Source: Ignavibacteria bacterium (GTDB taxonomy: Bacteria; Bacteroidota; Ignavibacteria; Kapaibacteriales; UBA2268). From it: 64,000 nt of DNA. Shown here in pieces: positions 8,958 to 18,908 of this stretch (its first letter is position 1; each line of letters starts with the position of its first letter). The DNA lies in NCBI GenBank assembly GCA_037445895.1, contig JBBIJO010000002.1, forward strand, positions 44,967 to 108,966, in the 5' to 3' direction. The notes under the pieces are model-generated. The model was not told where the DNA came from and searched no databases. It was given only the letters and a program-made list of their open reading frames with translations. The position numbers and the translations under genes were made by a program.

Positions 8958-9725
8958 TTACACAAGATAAAAAACTTCCGGATTTGTGCCGAGTTCTGGC
9001 TTACGCCGAATCGAGAAACGCTCCGAAAGTATCTTTCTTATTTCTGCCGAGTGATTATTCAAATCGCCAAATATTAAGGCGTTCGATGGGCAAGCTTCGA
9101 CACAAATGGGCATTTCTTTGCGCGCTAATCTTTCGGCACAAAATGTGCATTTTTCGACTACACCGCGAGTTCTTGTTGGGAACAAAGAATTTATTTGTTT
9201 AATAAATGGTCTTGGTTCTCTCCAATTGAAACTTCTCGAACCATAAGGACAAGCAGCAACGCAATAACGACAACCGATGCAACGATGCCAATCCATCATA
9301 ACAATACCATCTTCACGTTTCCAAGTGGCTTGCGTTGGGCAAACATTGGTGCACGGAGGATTATCGCAATGATTGCAAAGAAGAAGAACATCCTTGTGGT
9401 TTATTCCGCGAGGAAGAAATTGATTTTCCTGTGTAATAAAAGCATTGTGGAACTTATCTTTCCAAACCCATTTTATTTCGTCTTTAGGATTCTCGAAATC
9501 GGGGACATTGTGGTATTTGTGGCAAGCGTCGATACATTTTGTGCAATTGCTATTTTGTTCGCATTTTGCAAGGTCGATTGCCATAGCCCAGCGTTTTGCA
9601 TCCAATCCTCCACGCTCAGAATTTGTTATTGTATCGGTATTCGAAATCGCATCGTATGTCCATTTGCTCGCAAGAGCAATTCCACCAGCAAAACTCACTA
9701 TTTTAACGAATTTTCTTCTATCCAT
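8958..9725 (-). CDS. Tat-exported 4x[4Fe-4S] ferredoxin, NrfC/DsrO-like
   Basis: Twin-arginine leader MDRRKFVKIVSFAGGIALAS. Four Cys clusters including CNHCDNPPCTNVCP and CIGCRYCVAACP. ~255 aa. Confidence 0.65.
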   Translation of the reverse strand: MDRRKFVKIVSFAGGIALASKWTYDAISNTDTITNSERGGLDAKRWAMAIDLAKCEQNSNCTKCIDACHKYHNVPDFENPKDEIKWVWKDKFHNAFITQENQFLPRGINHKDVLLLCNHCDNPPCTNVCPTQATWKREDGIVMMDWHRCIGCRYCVAACPYGSRSFNWREPRPFIKQINSLFPTRTRGVVEKCTFCAERLARKEMPICVEACPSNALIFGDLNNHSAEIRKILSERFSIRRKPELGTNPEVFYLV

Positions 9726-10129
9726 TATTTTTCCCCTCCCGAAGGTTCAACGTGGCAATCCCAGCAATAGGGCTTTACATCTAGATAGTTATGGCATTGG
9801 TCACAAAATTGTTGCTTATTTTTATGGCATTTCATACAGGCAAGAGTTAAACTCATTTCGAGTTTTTCACCGTTGTAAGTCAACGGGATACCATTCTTTA
9901 CTAAATACCTTTGGTTAGTTCGAACTACTTTATCTCTCCATTCATTTAATAAGTCCATATGGTAACGGTTCATATAGTCTTTATCTTCGACGCATTGCCT
10001 TGTATCCCCCGGGTAGTCCAATTTGGGTTTTATTGCCGAACTTGCAGAAAGAAAATTAATCCAAATTGGGGAAGTAAATAATGCGACGAAGGCAATCAAT
10101 CCAATCATTATTTTCCAAGAGTCGTGCAT
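9725..10129 (-). CDS. membrane-anchored triheme c-type cytochrome, DsrJ-like
   Basis: N-terminal TM helix. Three CxxCH motifs (CMKCH, CDQCH, CWDCH) in 134 aa. Confidence 0.6.
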   Translation of the reverse strand: MHDSWKIMIGLIAFVALFTSPIWINFLSASSAIKPKLDYPGDTRQCVEDKDYMNRYHMDLLNEWRDKVVRTNQRYLVKNGIPLTYNGEKLEMSLTLACMKCHKNKQQFCDQCHNYLDVKPYCWDCHVEPSGGEK

Positions 10130-11740
10130 TTATTCCTCCTTTAATTGTTGTAAAGGTTGCAATCGAAGATCAACTTCTCGGGGTTTTTCGCCTTTCATAA
10201 CGAGAGCATTCCCAACCATTTCATGGACTCCACCAACTTCTAATCCAGGAACCCAGTATTCGAAAAGCGGAGGTAATGTCGCTTTATCAATGGCACATAT
10301 ACATAGGCAAATATTAACGCCGTTCCTATCGTGAACAAATTTTGCGGCATTGGCTCGCGGGAATCCGCCACGCATACGCATTTCAAAATTTTCCTCAGTT
10401 CCAAGACCCGCACCACTCCCACAACAAAACGTTTGCTCGCGTATGGTATTATCGGGCATTTCAGTAAATTTATTCATTACACTCTTAATAATATAGCGGG
10501 GTTCTTCGAGCAATCCCATCGCTCTCGACGGATTACAGGAATCGTGGAATGTTGCATGCCAATGGTCATTACGAGATTTATCGAGTTTGATTTTATTATA
10601 ATAAATTAAATCTGCGGTAAACTCGCAAATATGGACCATTTTGGTAGATTTGGCATTCTTAAAAATAGTTCCAGTAATTGGAGATTTAGGAATCTCGAGA
10701 AAGTTTGCTGGTCCATTCATAGTATCCATATATTGATGTAGAACCCGCCACATATGTCCGCACTCTCCTCCGAGAATCCATTTAACTTTTAACCTTTTTG
10801 CTTCTGCATAAATTTTGTTGTTCAAACGTTTCATTAAATCGTGCGAAACAAACGAACCAAAGTTCCCTCCTTCGGATGCATAAGTGCTGAATGTGTAATC
10901 CAATCCAATTTCGTGAAACAACATCATATAGCCAAGTAAAGTATAATAATGGGGTGTTCCGAAATAATCTGCCGAAGGAACAACAAAAAGTATTTCGGCG
11001 CCTTTCCTATTAATTGGTAAATCAACTTTGATACCCGTAATTTCTTTGATGTCGTCAACAGCCATTTCAAGGCTATCTTTTACCCCATGCGGCTGTATTC
11101 CTAAATGATTACCCGTTCGATACGAGTTTTTGATTGGGGTCATAACCCAATCAATATTGACTCCGATGAGATTCATCATCTCTCGAGCTAAAAGGGTAAT
11201 TTCGGCTGTATCAATTCCATAAGGGCAAAAAACTGAACATCGCCTGCATTGGGTGCATTGATAGAAATAATAGAACCATTCGCGTAGGACATCGAAGGTA
11301 AGATCGCGGGCACCAACCATTTTACCCATTATTTTGCCAGCAGTAGTGAACTCCCTTCTGTAAATAGAGCGAAGCAATTCTGCGCGAAGAACAGGCATAT
11401 TTTTCGGATCGCCGGAGCCAAGAAAAAAGTGGCATTTATCTGCACAAGCCCCACAACGAACGCAAATATCCATAAACAGTTTTAATGAACGAAATTTCTC
11501 GAGCCTTTCACGGAATCCTTCCAAGATTATATCTCGCCAATTTTCTGGTAGTTTCCACTCGCTGTCAGTCGGTTGCCATTTTCTTGGATTTGGTTGGTCA
11601 AGGTAAATCAAAGCATCTTCGCTACCAGCGTAATTAAATGTTCCTTTTTTAAATTCAACGGGAAACTCCATCCAATTTGTGAGTTGCTTTGTCAAATTGA
11701 TTGATTTTGTTAGTTCTTCCGGTTTAATTTTAATCGACAT
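10130..11740 (-). CDS. HdrD/DsrK-like iron-sulfur protein with two 4Fe-4S motifs and CCG domains
   Basis: CVRCGACADKCHFF and CTQCRRCSVFCPYG ferredoxin motifs plus C-terminal CCGSGAG cysteine-rich (CCG) domain. 536 aa. Confidence 0.75.
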   Translation of the reverse strand: MSIKIKPEELTKSINLTKQLTNWMEFPVEFKKGTFNYAGSEDALIYLDQPNPRKWQPTDSEWKLPENWRDIILEGFRERLEKFRSLKLFMDICVRCGACADKCHFFLGSGDPKNMPVLRAELLRSIYRREFTTAGKIMGKMVGARDLTFDVLREWFYYFYQCTQCRRCSVFCPYGIDTAEITLLAREMMNLIGVNIDWVMTPIKNSYRTGNHLGIQPHGVKDSLEMAVDDIKEITGIKVDLPINRKGAEILFVVPSADYFGTPHYYTLLGYMMLFHEIGLDYTFSTYASEGGNFGSFVSHDLMKRLNNKIYAEAKRLKVKWILGGECGHMWRVLHQYMDTMNGPANFLEIPKSPITGTIFKNAKSTKMVHICEFTADLIYYNKIKLDKSRNDHWHATFHDSCNPSRAMGLLEEPRYIIKSVMNKFTEMPDNTIREQTFCCGSGAGLGTEENFEMRMRGGFPRANAAKFVHDRNGVNICLCICAIDKATLPPLFEYWVPGLEVGGVHEMVGNALVMKGEKPREVDLRLQPLQQLKEE

Positions 11741-11742
11741 TC

Positions 11743-12747
11743 CTATTCCTCCTTTTCGACTGGGATACCTGCTGAAATCATTTTACTACGAAATTCGTTC
11801 TCGTATTCTTCGTAAGTATGGACAGGAAGTTCTGGATTCCAGGGATTGATATGCCGTCTCGCTCGACTATTGTTTGCAAGATTTCTCGTAGGACTAAGAA
11901 ACACTCCGCCAAGATGGACGAGTTTGCTCATTGGAAAATAAATCAACAAACTACAAACAAACGTAAAGTGTATCATAAAAATCGAACTTAATTTACTCAA
12001 AGTGTCGTCTGTGATTGGTTGGAACGACAATATCGAAATGGTGAATTCCTTCACCGCAACAAGGTCGGTTTTAAAGAAGTAACGTATTAATATTCCGGTC
12101 GCAGCAATCCCAAAAATCAATAACAATGGAAAATAGTCCGAAGGCAAAGAAATTGTCTTTACTTTGCTATCGAAAATCCTTCTAAAAAACAAATAAGTAA
12201 GTCCAACAACTATAAGAACATCGGTAATATAAATAATTGGGAGTCCAACTTGGAAAAAGCCATCTATACTTTGAAGAAAAGGAACAAACGACGGAATGGG
12301 TTCTGTGAAAAATCTAAAATGGCGAAGGAAAATGATTAAGAATGACCAATGAAAAGCAAGACTCAAACCCCAAAGCCATTTGTCGGTAGAGTATACGAGT
12401 TTTTGATTGTTTTTAATCGAAGCTCGTGTGTTGCGGAATAATGAGCGGAACAAAAGAATTTCCAAAGCCATTCTTCCAATGACTCCGAGAGCCGAACTCG
12501 GGTTGTCGAGTTTGTTTTGCCAAATCCAATTGTGCGATTTTTGTTGCCCACAAGTTGTTGGAATTCGAAATGGAACTGGTGAGCGTGCCCAACGAACAAT
12601 GCGAACAATCATACCAACAATAAAAATGGCAAAAGCAAAGTATGGTAGAATTTGAGCAAATGGATATTTCATAAAAGGAAAGATTCCAGCCATCCAACCT
12701 AAGACAAGAATAATAAAAGCAGACAATAGCGAAATACCAATTCCCAT
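11743..12747 (-). CDS. NarI-family di-heme b membrane subunit, DsrM/HdrE-like
   Basis: 334 aa, 5-6 predicted TM helices with conserved His in TM helices. Sits directly upstream of and translationally adjacent to the HdrD-like gene, in the dsrMK arrangement. Confidence 0.55.
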   Translation of the reverse strand: MGIGISLLSAFIILVLGWMAGIFPFMKYPFAQILPYFAFAIFIVGMIVRIVRWARSPVPFRIPTTCGQQKSHNWIWQNKLDNPSSALGVIGRMALEILLFRSLFRNTRASIKNNQKLVYSTDKWLWGLSLAFHWSFLIIFLRHFRFFTEPIPSFVPFLQSIDGFFQVGLPIIYITDVLIVVGLTYLFFRRIFDSKVKTISLPSDYFPLLLIFGIAATGILIRYFFKTDLVAVKEFTISILSFQPITDDTLSKLSSIFMIHFTFVCSLLIYFPMSKLVHLGGVFLSPTRNLANNSRARRHINPWNPELPVHTYEEYENEFRSKMISAGIPVEKEE

Positions 12748-12749
12748 AA

Positions 12750-13277
12750 TTAAGTATCGGTTTTATTTACATAATTGTTTCCTTTTGAATAACGTTCGTT
12801 AAGACGTTCGACAATTTTTCCATAGCGATGCTTAATCTCATCTCTTTGAATTTCGATAATTCGTTTGTGTATGTCGGAATATATTTCGAAAAGGATATAA
12901 TTACAAGAATTAATCAGTTCTATTGTTAGCGAAATTTCCTTCTTATCGAGATTGGGTTGTAAATTAGAAACAAGTTTTTCCCATATAAATTCAAAGATAT
13001 TTACTTCTTTTAGACTTGCTGGTTGTTGAACTAATCGAATTTTAAGAACTTCCTCCAACGCATTCCGAAATCCTATTGAATCGAAGTTTTGATTGACAAG
13101 GCAATCGAAAATTAAACTTATATTATTAAATAGGGAATAACCTACTGGATTTGTAAATTGCTGGCTAACATCATTAAAATATTTTCTCGAAGATTCTGGA
13201 TAAACGCTAATAATCCATTCAAACCATTCGTTTAATAGAGATTGTTTGTTGTTTTTTAAATACTCTACCGAAGTCAT
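12750..13277 (-). CDS. hypothetical helical protein, first gene of the DsrMKJO-like operon
   Basis: 175 aa, no TM or signal peptide. Its stop is 3 nt from the start of the NarI-like gene. No family recognised with confidence (possibly sensor/globin-like). Confidence 0.4.
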   Translation of the reverse strand: MTSVEYLKNNKQSLLNEWFEWIISVYPESSRKYFNDVSQQFTNPVGYSLFNNISLIFDCLVNQNFDSIGFRNALEEVLKIRLVQQPASLKEVNIFEFIWEKLVSNLQPNLDKKEISLTIELINSCNYILFEIYSDIHKRIIEIQRDEIKHRYGKIVERLNERYSKGNNYVNKTDT

Positions 13278-13450
13278 TCAATTTCCATATTTTATCCAAT
13301 GCCAATTTACGATGAGTGCCCAAAATAGCCGATTCCTTTTTATTCTTTTGTATAAGATTTGTTGATAGTTCAATCAAATTTCATTCAATACAACGAATAA
13401 ATGAGTAAAATTTGTTAATTTTGTGGAAGTTTTAAAAAAAAATTTAGAAT

Positions 13451-14923
13451 ATGTTTTTTGAAGATAAGATAGTTGGCGAAGGTCTAACTTACGACGATGT
13501 TCTTCTTGTGCCTCGATATTCAGAAGTTTTACCTCGCGAAACCGAATTACAAACCCGATTAACAGAAGCAATCACCTTAAATATTCCCATCCTAAGTGCT
13601 GCTATGGATACTGTAACCGAAGCAAATATGGCTATTGCCATTGCTCGCGAAGGTGGGCTTGGGGTAATCCACAAAAATATGACTACTGATGAACAGATTG
13701 ATAACGTTGATCGTGTGAAGCGTTCCGAAAGTGGGATGATACTCAATCCAATTACTTTGACTGCCAATAAGACAGTTCGCGAAGCATTAGAGTTGATGTC
13801 GAAATTTCATATCTCGGGTATTCCAATTGTTGACGGTAATAAAAAATTAATAGGAATTGTTACCAATAGAGACTTACGTTTCAACCCAGATTTGGAATTG
13901 CCTATTATCAAAGTAATGACAAAAGATAATTTAATCACTGTTCCCATTGGGACAACCCTCGAAGAAGCCGAAAGAATTTTGCAAGAGCATAGGATTGAGA
14001 AACTCCCGGTTGTTGATGAAAATTTTGAACTTAAGGGATTAATCACTGTAAAAGATATTCAAAAGAAAAAAATGCATCCTTTCGCTTGTAAGGATGAACT
14101 TGGGAGATTACGCGTTGGTGCGGCTGTTGGCGTTACAAGCGAAACCTTGGAACGAGTCGAGGCTCTAAAATCGGTCGATGTTGATGTGATCTTCATTGAT
14201 ACAGCCCATGCTCATTCCAAGGGAGTTATTGAAACAATTAAAAAGATAAAATCGAAGTTCCCCGAAATTCAATTAATTGCTGGCAATATAGGGACTACCG
14301 AAGCAGCCGAAGATTTAATTCGCGTTGGTGTTGATGGCATTAAAGTTGGGATAGGACCCGGTTCGATTTGTACAACTCGTGTAGTTGCTGGCATTGGAAT
14401 CCCACAGTTAACCGCAATTTTTAATGTTGCCAAAGTAGCGGAACCTGCCGGAATACCAGTAATTGCCGATGGTGGAATAAAACAAACAGGAGATGTCGCA
14501 AAAGCGATTGCTGCCGGTGCCAACTCGGTTATGATAGGGAATCTCTTCGCTGGCCACGAGGAAAGCCCCGGCGAAAAAATTCTTTACGAAGGACGAGCCT
14601 ATAAAATTTATCGTGGAATGGGTTCATTAGAAGCTATGAAGAAAGGTTCAGCCGATCGTTATTTCCAAGATGCCGAAGACGAAATTACCAAGCTTGTCCC
14701 CGAAGGTATCGAAGGACGCGTTCCATACAAAGGAAATGTTGCCGATACAATCTTCCAAATTGTTGGCGGGATTCGTTCCGCTCTTGGTTATTGTGGATGT
14801 AGAAATCTGGACGAATTAAGAAAATATGGAAAATTTATACGAATAACAGATGCCGGTTTGCGCGAGTCGCATCCACACGACGTTAGTATTACAAAGGAAT
14901 CACCGAACTATTTTGTTAAATAA
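13451..14923 (+). CDS. guaB: inosine-5'-monophosphate dehydrogenase
   Basis: 490 aa with tandem CBS domains and catalytic [11 protein letters not shown] loop. Confidence 0.9.
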   Translation: MFFEDKIVGEGLTYDDVLLVPRYSEVLPRETELQTRLTEAITLNIPILSAAMDTVTEANMAIAIAREGGLGVIHKNMTTDEQIDNVDRVKRSESGMILNPITLTANKTVREALELMSKFHISGIPIVDGNKKLIGIVTNRDLRFNPDLELPIIKVMTKDNLITVPIGTTLEEAERILQEHRIEKLPVVDENFELKGLITVKDIQKKKMHPFACKDELGRLRVGAAVGVTSETLERVEALKSVDVDVIFIDTAHAHSKGVIETIKKIKSKFPEIQLIAGNIGTTEAAEDLIRVGVDGIKVGIGPGSICTTRVVAGIGIPQLTAIFNVAKVAEPAGIPVIADGGIKQTGDVAKAIAAGANSVMIGNLFAGHEESPGEKILYEGRAYKIYRGMGSLEAMKKGSADRYFQDAEDEITKLVPEGIEGRVPYKGNVADTIFQIVGGIRSALGYCGCRNLDELRKYGKFIRITDAGLRESHPHDVSITKESPNYFVK

Positions 14924-14926
14924 TTT

Positions 14927-16078
14927 TTGTATAACAAAAGGTGTTTTATGGCAAAACAAACTACCGAATTAAACTCTGTGAATTATCCCGACCGGATGGA
15001 ACAACGACTTGTTCAAATTAAATTTCGTATCAATGAATTGAAAGTTGATGGTCTATATGTCAACTTTCTGCCTAATATTAGGTACTTGACTAATTTTTCT
15101 GGTTCCGAAGCCCATCTAATAATCTTAAAAAATGAGATTTTATTCTTCACCGATGATCGTTACGAAGAACAAGTTGCTACCGAACTTTATCCTTTGCAAA
15201 ACTTAAGCGTTCATATAACTCGCGATATATGGCAATATTGCATCGAAAAGAAATTGTTCAAAAGCAAAGGTATTTCCCATCTTGCTTTCGAAGCCGATAG
15301 GTATAGCTATGCCGATGCGATTAACACCAGAAGTATTATTCGACCGGTGAAATTTAAACCAGCCACCTCGATTGTCGAACCTTTCACAATGCCAAAAGCC
15401 TCGCAGGAACTCGAATACATCAAACAAGCTTGCCAAATTTCCGAAAAGGTTTTCGATGCAGTTTTAAAGAACTTCAAAGTCGGTATGACCGAAAAGGAAC
15501 TTGCAGCTGAAATTGTCTATATTTCGCGAAAATTAGGTTCCGAAGGCGAGCATTTCCCGACCATCGTAGTTAGCGGTAAAAGAAGTTCGCTACCCCACGG
15601 AAGTCCAAGCAATAAGCCAATTAAGAACAACGATATTGTTACTATCGACTTTGGCTGCGTTGTCAATGGGTTCGGTAGCGATATTACAAGGGTTTTTGCC
15701 GTTGGAAAAGCTACGAAAGAACAGACAACAATTTACCGATTACTCAACGAAGCAAAAGAAAAGGCTATTGAAAAAATTCGTCCCTTTGTAAATGGCAAAC
15801 TGGTCGATAGCGAAGCCCGTTCTTTAATAAAAAAGGCAGGCTATGGGAATAACTTCCAACATTCGCTTGGACACGGAATCGGCATCCGAGCCCACGAGCT
15901 ACCTTTGATTACCTTCCGTTTAGACGACCAAATTATTCCCGAAGGATGTGTGCTCGCTATTGAACCCGGTGTGTATATTCCTAATAAATACGGTCTTCGA
16001 TTAGAAGACGATGTTTACGTTGCACGCGATGGGGCTAAGCACCTTACTAATGCTCCAAAAGAAATTCCAATTATTTAA
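14927..16078 (+). CDS. M24-family Xaa-Pro aminopeptidase
   Basis: Creatinase-like N-domain plus pita-bread C-domain with the conserved metal ligands (D..D..H..E..E) and the HGIGIRAHELP motif. Confidence 0.8.
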   Translation: MYNKRCFMAKQTTELNSVNYPDRMEQRLVQIKFRINELKVDGLYVNFLPNIRYLTNFSGSEAHLIILKNEILFFTDDRYEEQVATELYPLQNLSVHITRDIWQYCIEKKLFKSKGISHLAFEADRYSYADAINTRSIIRPVKFKPATSIVEPFTMPKASQELEYIKQACQISEKVFDAVLKNFKVGMTEKELAAEIVYISRKLGSEGEHFPTIVVSGKRSSLPHGSPSNKPIKNNDIVTIDFGCVVNGFGSDITRVFAVGKATKEQTTIYRLLNEAKEKAIEKIRPFVNGKLVDSEARSLIKKAGYGNNFQHSLGHGIGIRAHELPLITFRLDDQIIPEGCVLAIEPGVYIPNKYGLRLEDDVYVARDGAKHLTNAPKEIPII

Positions 16079-16114
16079 GAAAATATTTCTGTTTAATAGA
16101 CATATCCGATGTAA

Positions 16115-17374
16115 ATGGGTGAACATAATGTTCTAGTAATTTCTTATTACTTTCCCCCTATGGGGCTTAGCGGTGTTCAACGAACTCTAAAATTTGTTAA
16201 GTATTTACCGGATTTTGGATGGAATCCAATAATTTTAACTACTCAACCGAAGAGCTACTATGCATTCGATGATGAATTGGAACACGAGGTTCAATCTCTC
16301 GGCGTTAAAATCTATCGGACTTCGTCCACCCGAAGCGAAAGAAAAAAAATTAAAAAGTTTCCTTCGAATTATTTGTTTCAAAACTTTGGACGATTGTTGC
16401 TAAATTTCTTCCTTCAACCCGATACGAAAATTTCTTGGCGTAAAAGAGCATTAGACTTAGGAGAACGAATCATTAAAGCAAATCCAATTGATGTTATCTA
16501 TGCCACTGCACCTCCGTTTACCGATTTTCTAATTGCTCGCGATTTATCGCGAAAGTTCGATAAACCATTTGTCATTGACTATCGCGATGTGTGGGTCGAT
16601 AATCCTTTTCAGCTTTACCCAACTTTTTTTCATAAAAGTTTTTCGAGAAAATTAGAGGAAAATGTTCTTAAAGAAACTGAAAAGATTATTGTTACTTATC
16701 GAGGAATAAAAGATATTTTGCTTACGAAGTATAGGTTCCTTAAAAGCCAGGATATTATGATAATTCCCCACGGCTACGATGCCGAAGATTTCAACTCGGT
16801 TAGTAATATTATGCCCGACACCAAAAAATTTGTCGTTACACATTCCGGATTGTTCCAAGACAACAGAAATCCAAAATATTTCTTAAAAGCATTTTCCCGA
16901 TTTATTCGCACCAGAGACGATGGAATTCCAAAGGAAGCTTGGTTCATTGGAATTATGCGAAAATCGCATCTTCGATATATTCGAACTTACGATTTGGAAA
17001 CCAATGTTAAACTTTTTGGTTATAAACCACACAAAGATATAATTCAAATTTTGAAGCAATCCACTCTCCTTTGGCTAATGTTCGAGGATACAATTCGTTC
17101 ACCGGGAAAATTATATGAGTATTTTGGAGCTCAAAAACCTATACTAATCTGTGCCCCCGATGGTTATATGAAACGCCTTGCCTTGGAATCGCAATCCGCC
17201 ATTGCGGTAGAGCCTCGCGACGTCGACGGAATTCAGCAAGCCTTAAATACTTTCTATGATATGTGGCTCCAGTCGGCTCTTCCAATCCCTACGCGAGAAT
17301 TTATTGAACAATTCGATAGGAAAAAACTCACACAAGAATTGGCAAAACAATTATCATTATCGAGCAATTTGTAA
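16115..17374 (+). CDS. glycosyltransferase (GT-B fold, GT4-like)
   Basis: VLVISYYFPPMGLSGVQRTLKFVKYL N-terminus typical of GT4-like glycosyltransferases. 419 aa. Confidence 0.55.
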   Translation: MGEHNVLVISYYFPPMGLSGVQRTLKFVKYLPDFGWNPIILTTQPKSYYAFDDELEHEVQSLGVKIYRTSSTRSERKKIKKFPSNYLFQNFGRLLLNFFLQPDTKISWRKRALDLGERIIKANPIDVIYATAPPFTDFLIARDLSRKFDKPFVIDYRDVWVDNPFQLYPTFFHKSFSRKLEENVLKETEKIIVTYRGIKDILLTKYRFLKSQDIMIIPHGYDAEDFNSVSNIMPDTKKFVVTHSGLFQDNRNPKYFLKAFSRFIRTRDDGIPKEAWFIGIMRKSHLRYIRTYDLETNVKLFGYKPHKDIIQILKQSTLLWLMFEDTIRSPGKLYEYFGAQKPILICAPDGYMKRLALESQSAIAVEPRDVDGIQQALNTFYDMWLQSALPIPTREFIEQFDRKKLTQELAKQLSLSSNL

Positions 17375-17456
17375 CTAAAATTTTAAATTAATTTTGAAAT
17401 ACTTTCGTTTATGTTTTTTTACTAATTATGTTTGTTTTACTTTAACAGGAGGTTAT

Positions 17457-18377
17457 ATGAAGTGGAAAACTTTGTCTCTAATTATTTCACTCGCTACCTT
17501 ATTGTTCTTTTTTAATGCTTGCGAAGAAACAACCACAACAACAGAAACTCCAATTCCAGCAGCACCAGACAGCTTGAAAGCAACTTCAATTAACGATTCA
17601 ACTGTGAGATTGTTATGGAAATTGTCGCCCGACGACAACAAAGATTATTTCAAAGGTTACGTTCTTTATATTACCCCAGGTGCATTTCAACCTAAAGCAA
17701 TTGCCAAAGGAACTACACTCTTCGAGGTTACGGGATTGAGCGCGGGGGTAATCTACACATTTGAATTGAAAGCAATCAACACCGAGGATAAGGAAAGCAA
17801 CACAAGCACCAAAATCCTATGGTCTCCTGCTTTTCGTTTTGTAACCAACGTTAATAACGAACCTATTCGCATTTACGAAACTGCTTCTCAATTCGGTAGC
17901 GGGCTTCAACTTTACAATCCAAACGAAGAGAAACCCAAAACTTTGAAAGTTGCAAGCGGTGAATTTTGGAACTTAGGACTCTACACCAAAGGAACAGAGC
18001 AAAGCGTTTATACTGCAACTTATATTTCGAATAACAATCTGTATAATTTCCCTGTTCCCCCCTCTTCGGTAACCGAAATAAGCGAAGACATATTTTTAAC
18101 TAACAATTTAGATAATGTTTTCGATAGCCAAGCACTTAGCGCTCGGAATTTCAGTTCAAATTATTACATTGATTTAACTGACTCAGATTACCGAAACGGC
18201 GTTGTTATAATCGTTCGAACTAAACCCCAAGGACAAACCGACTGGAATTATGCGAAAGTTTTAATTAAACCAGGGATAAGTGGTTTATTGCAAGGAACTG
18301 CCGACAATCGATATATCGAGTGCGTAGTTTCTTATCAAAAGACCCCCGGTGTTCCTTATGCCAAACCTATTCAATAA
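17457..18377 (+). CDS. lipoprotein with fibronectin type III domain
   Basis: GGAGG 8 nt upstream of ATG at 17457. Lipobox ...FFFNAC. Fn3-like segment PDSLKATSINDSTVRLLW...GYVLY. Confidence 0.5.
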   Translation: MKWKTLSLIISLATLLFFFNACEETTTTTETPIPAAPDSLKATSINDSTVRLLWKLSPDDNKDYFKGYVLYITPGAFQPKAIAKGTTLFEVTGLSAGVIYTFELKAINTEDKESNTSTKILWSPAFRFVTNVNNEPIRIYETASQFGSGLQLYNPNEEKPKTLKVASGEFWNLGLYTKGTEQSVYTATYISNNNLYNFPVPPSSVTEISEDIFLTNNLDNVFDSQALSARNFSSNYYIDLTDSDYRNGVVIIVRTKPQGQTDWNYAKVLIKPGISGLLQGTADNRYIECVVSYQKTPGVPYAKPIQ

Positions 18378-18396
18378 CAAAATGTGGAGTCGGAAA

Positions 18397-18864
18397 ATGA
18401 AAAAACTTTCTGTTTTAGGAATTATATTGGGGCTTTTGCTGAGCACCGCGACTTTGCTCGCACAGGAAGCAAAAAAGAAAACTATTGCTCCAAAGGCTAA
18501 AATCGAAACCACAGAAAAAAAAGAGGAACAAAAAAGTCGAACCGAAACCACAACTCCCAAAAAGAAAAGTGGCAAACCGATTAAAGGGCGTGTTATTAGT
18601 TTAAGTAAATTCATTCTCGACAAAAAGGGCACTGTTAGCAAAGACGAAGCGATGAAGGAAGCCGAGGACGGTAAGCCAATTGTCTTCTTAGTTGGCGAAG
18701 GAGCAAAAGCAAAAATATACTTTGTCTTCAACGAAGATGGTTCGTTTGCAGGAAAAAAGTTAGCAAAATTTGCTTCGAACAAATTCGTTGGTATCGTTGG
18801 AACAACCAAAGTAGTGAACGGAGTTAATATAATTGTCGCCGAAATGATTGAGTCGATGGATTAA
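18397..18864 (+). CDS. secreted Lys/Glu-rich hypothetical protein
   Basis: Signal peptide MKKLSVLGIILGLLLSTATLLAQ. GGAG upstream. No recognised domain. Confidence 0.4.
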   Translation: MKKLSVLGIILGLLLSTATLLAQEAKKKTIAPKAKIETTEKKEEQKSRTETTTPKKKSGKPIKGRVISLSKFILDKKGTVSKDEAMKEAEDGKPIVFLVGEGAKAKIYFVFNEDGSFAGKKLAKFASNKFVGIVGTTKVVNGVNIIVAEMIESMD

Positions 18865-18872
18865 ATACTTTC

Positions 18873-18906
18873 GAGCCACAAGGTAGCTGCCTTGTGGCTC
18901 TTTTTT
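18873..18906 (+). terminator. rho-independent terminator
   Basis: Perfect 11-bp stem GAGCCACAAGG / CCTTGTGGCTC with TAGCTG loop followed by TTTTTT. Confidence 0.85.
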
Positions 18907-18908
18907 GA

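Noticed and set aside
9195-9918. Long antisense ORFs (191 aa and 157 aa) opposite the DsrO-like/DsrJ-like genes
   Set aside because: They fully overlap well-supported Fe-S and cytochrome genes on the other strand. Their translations are low-complexity with no motifs. Typical spurious shadow ORFs.
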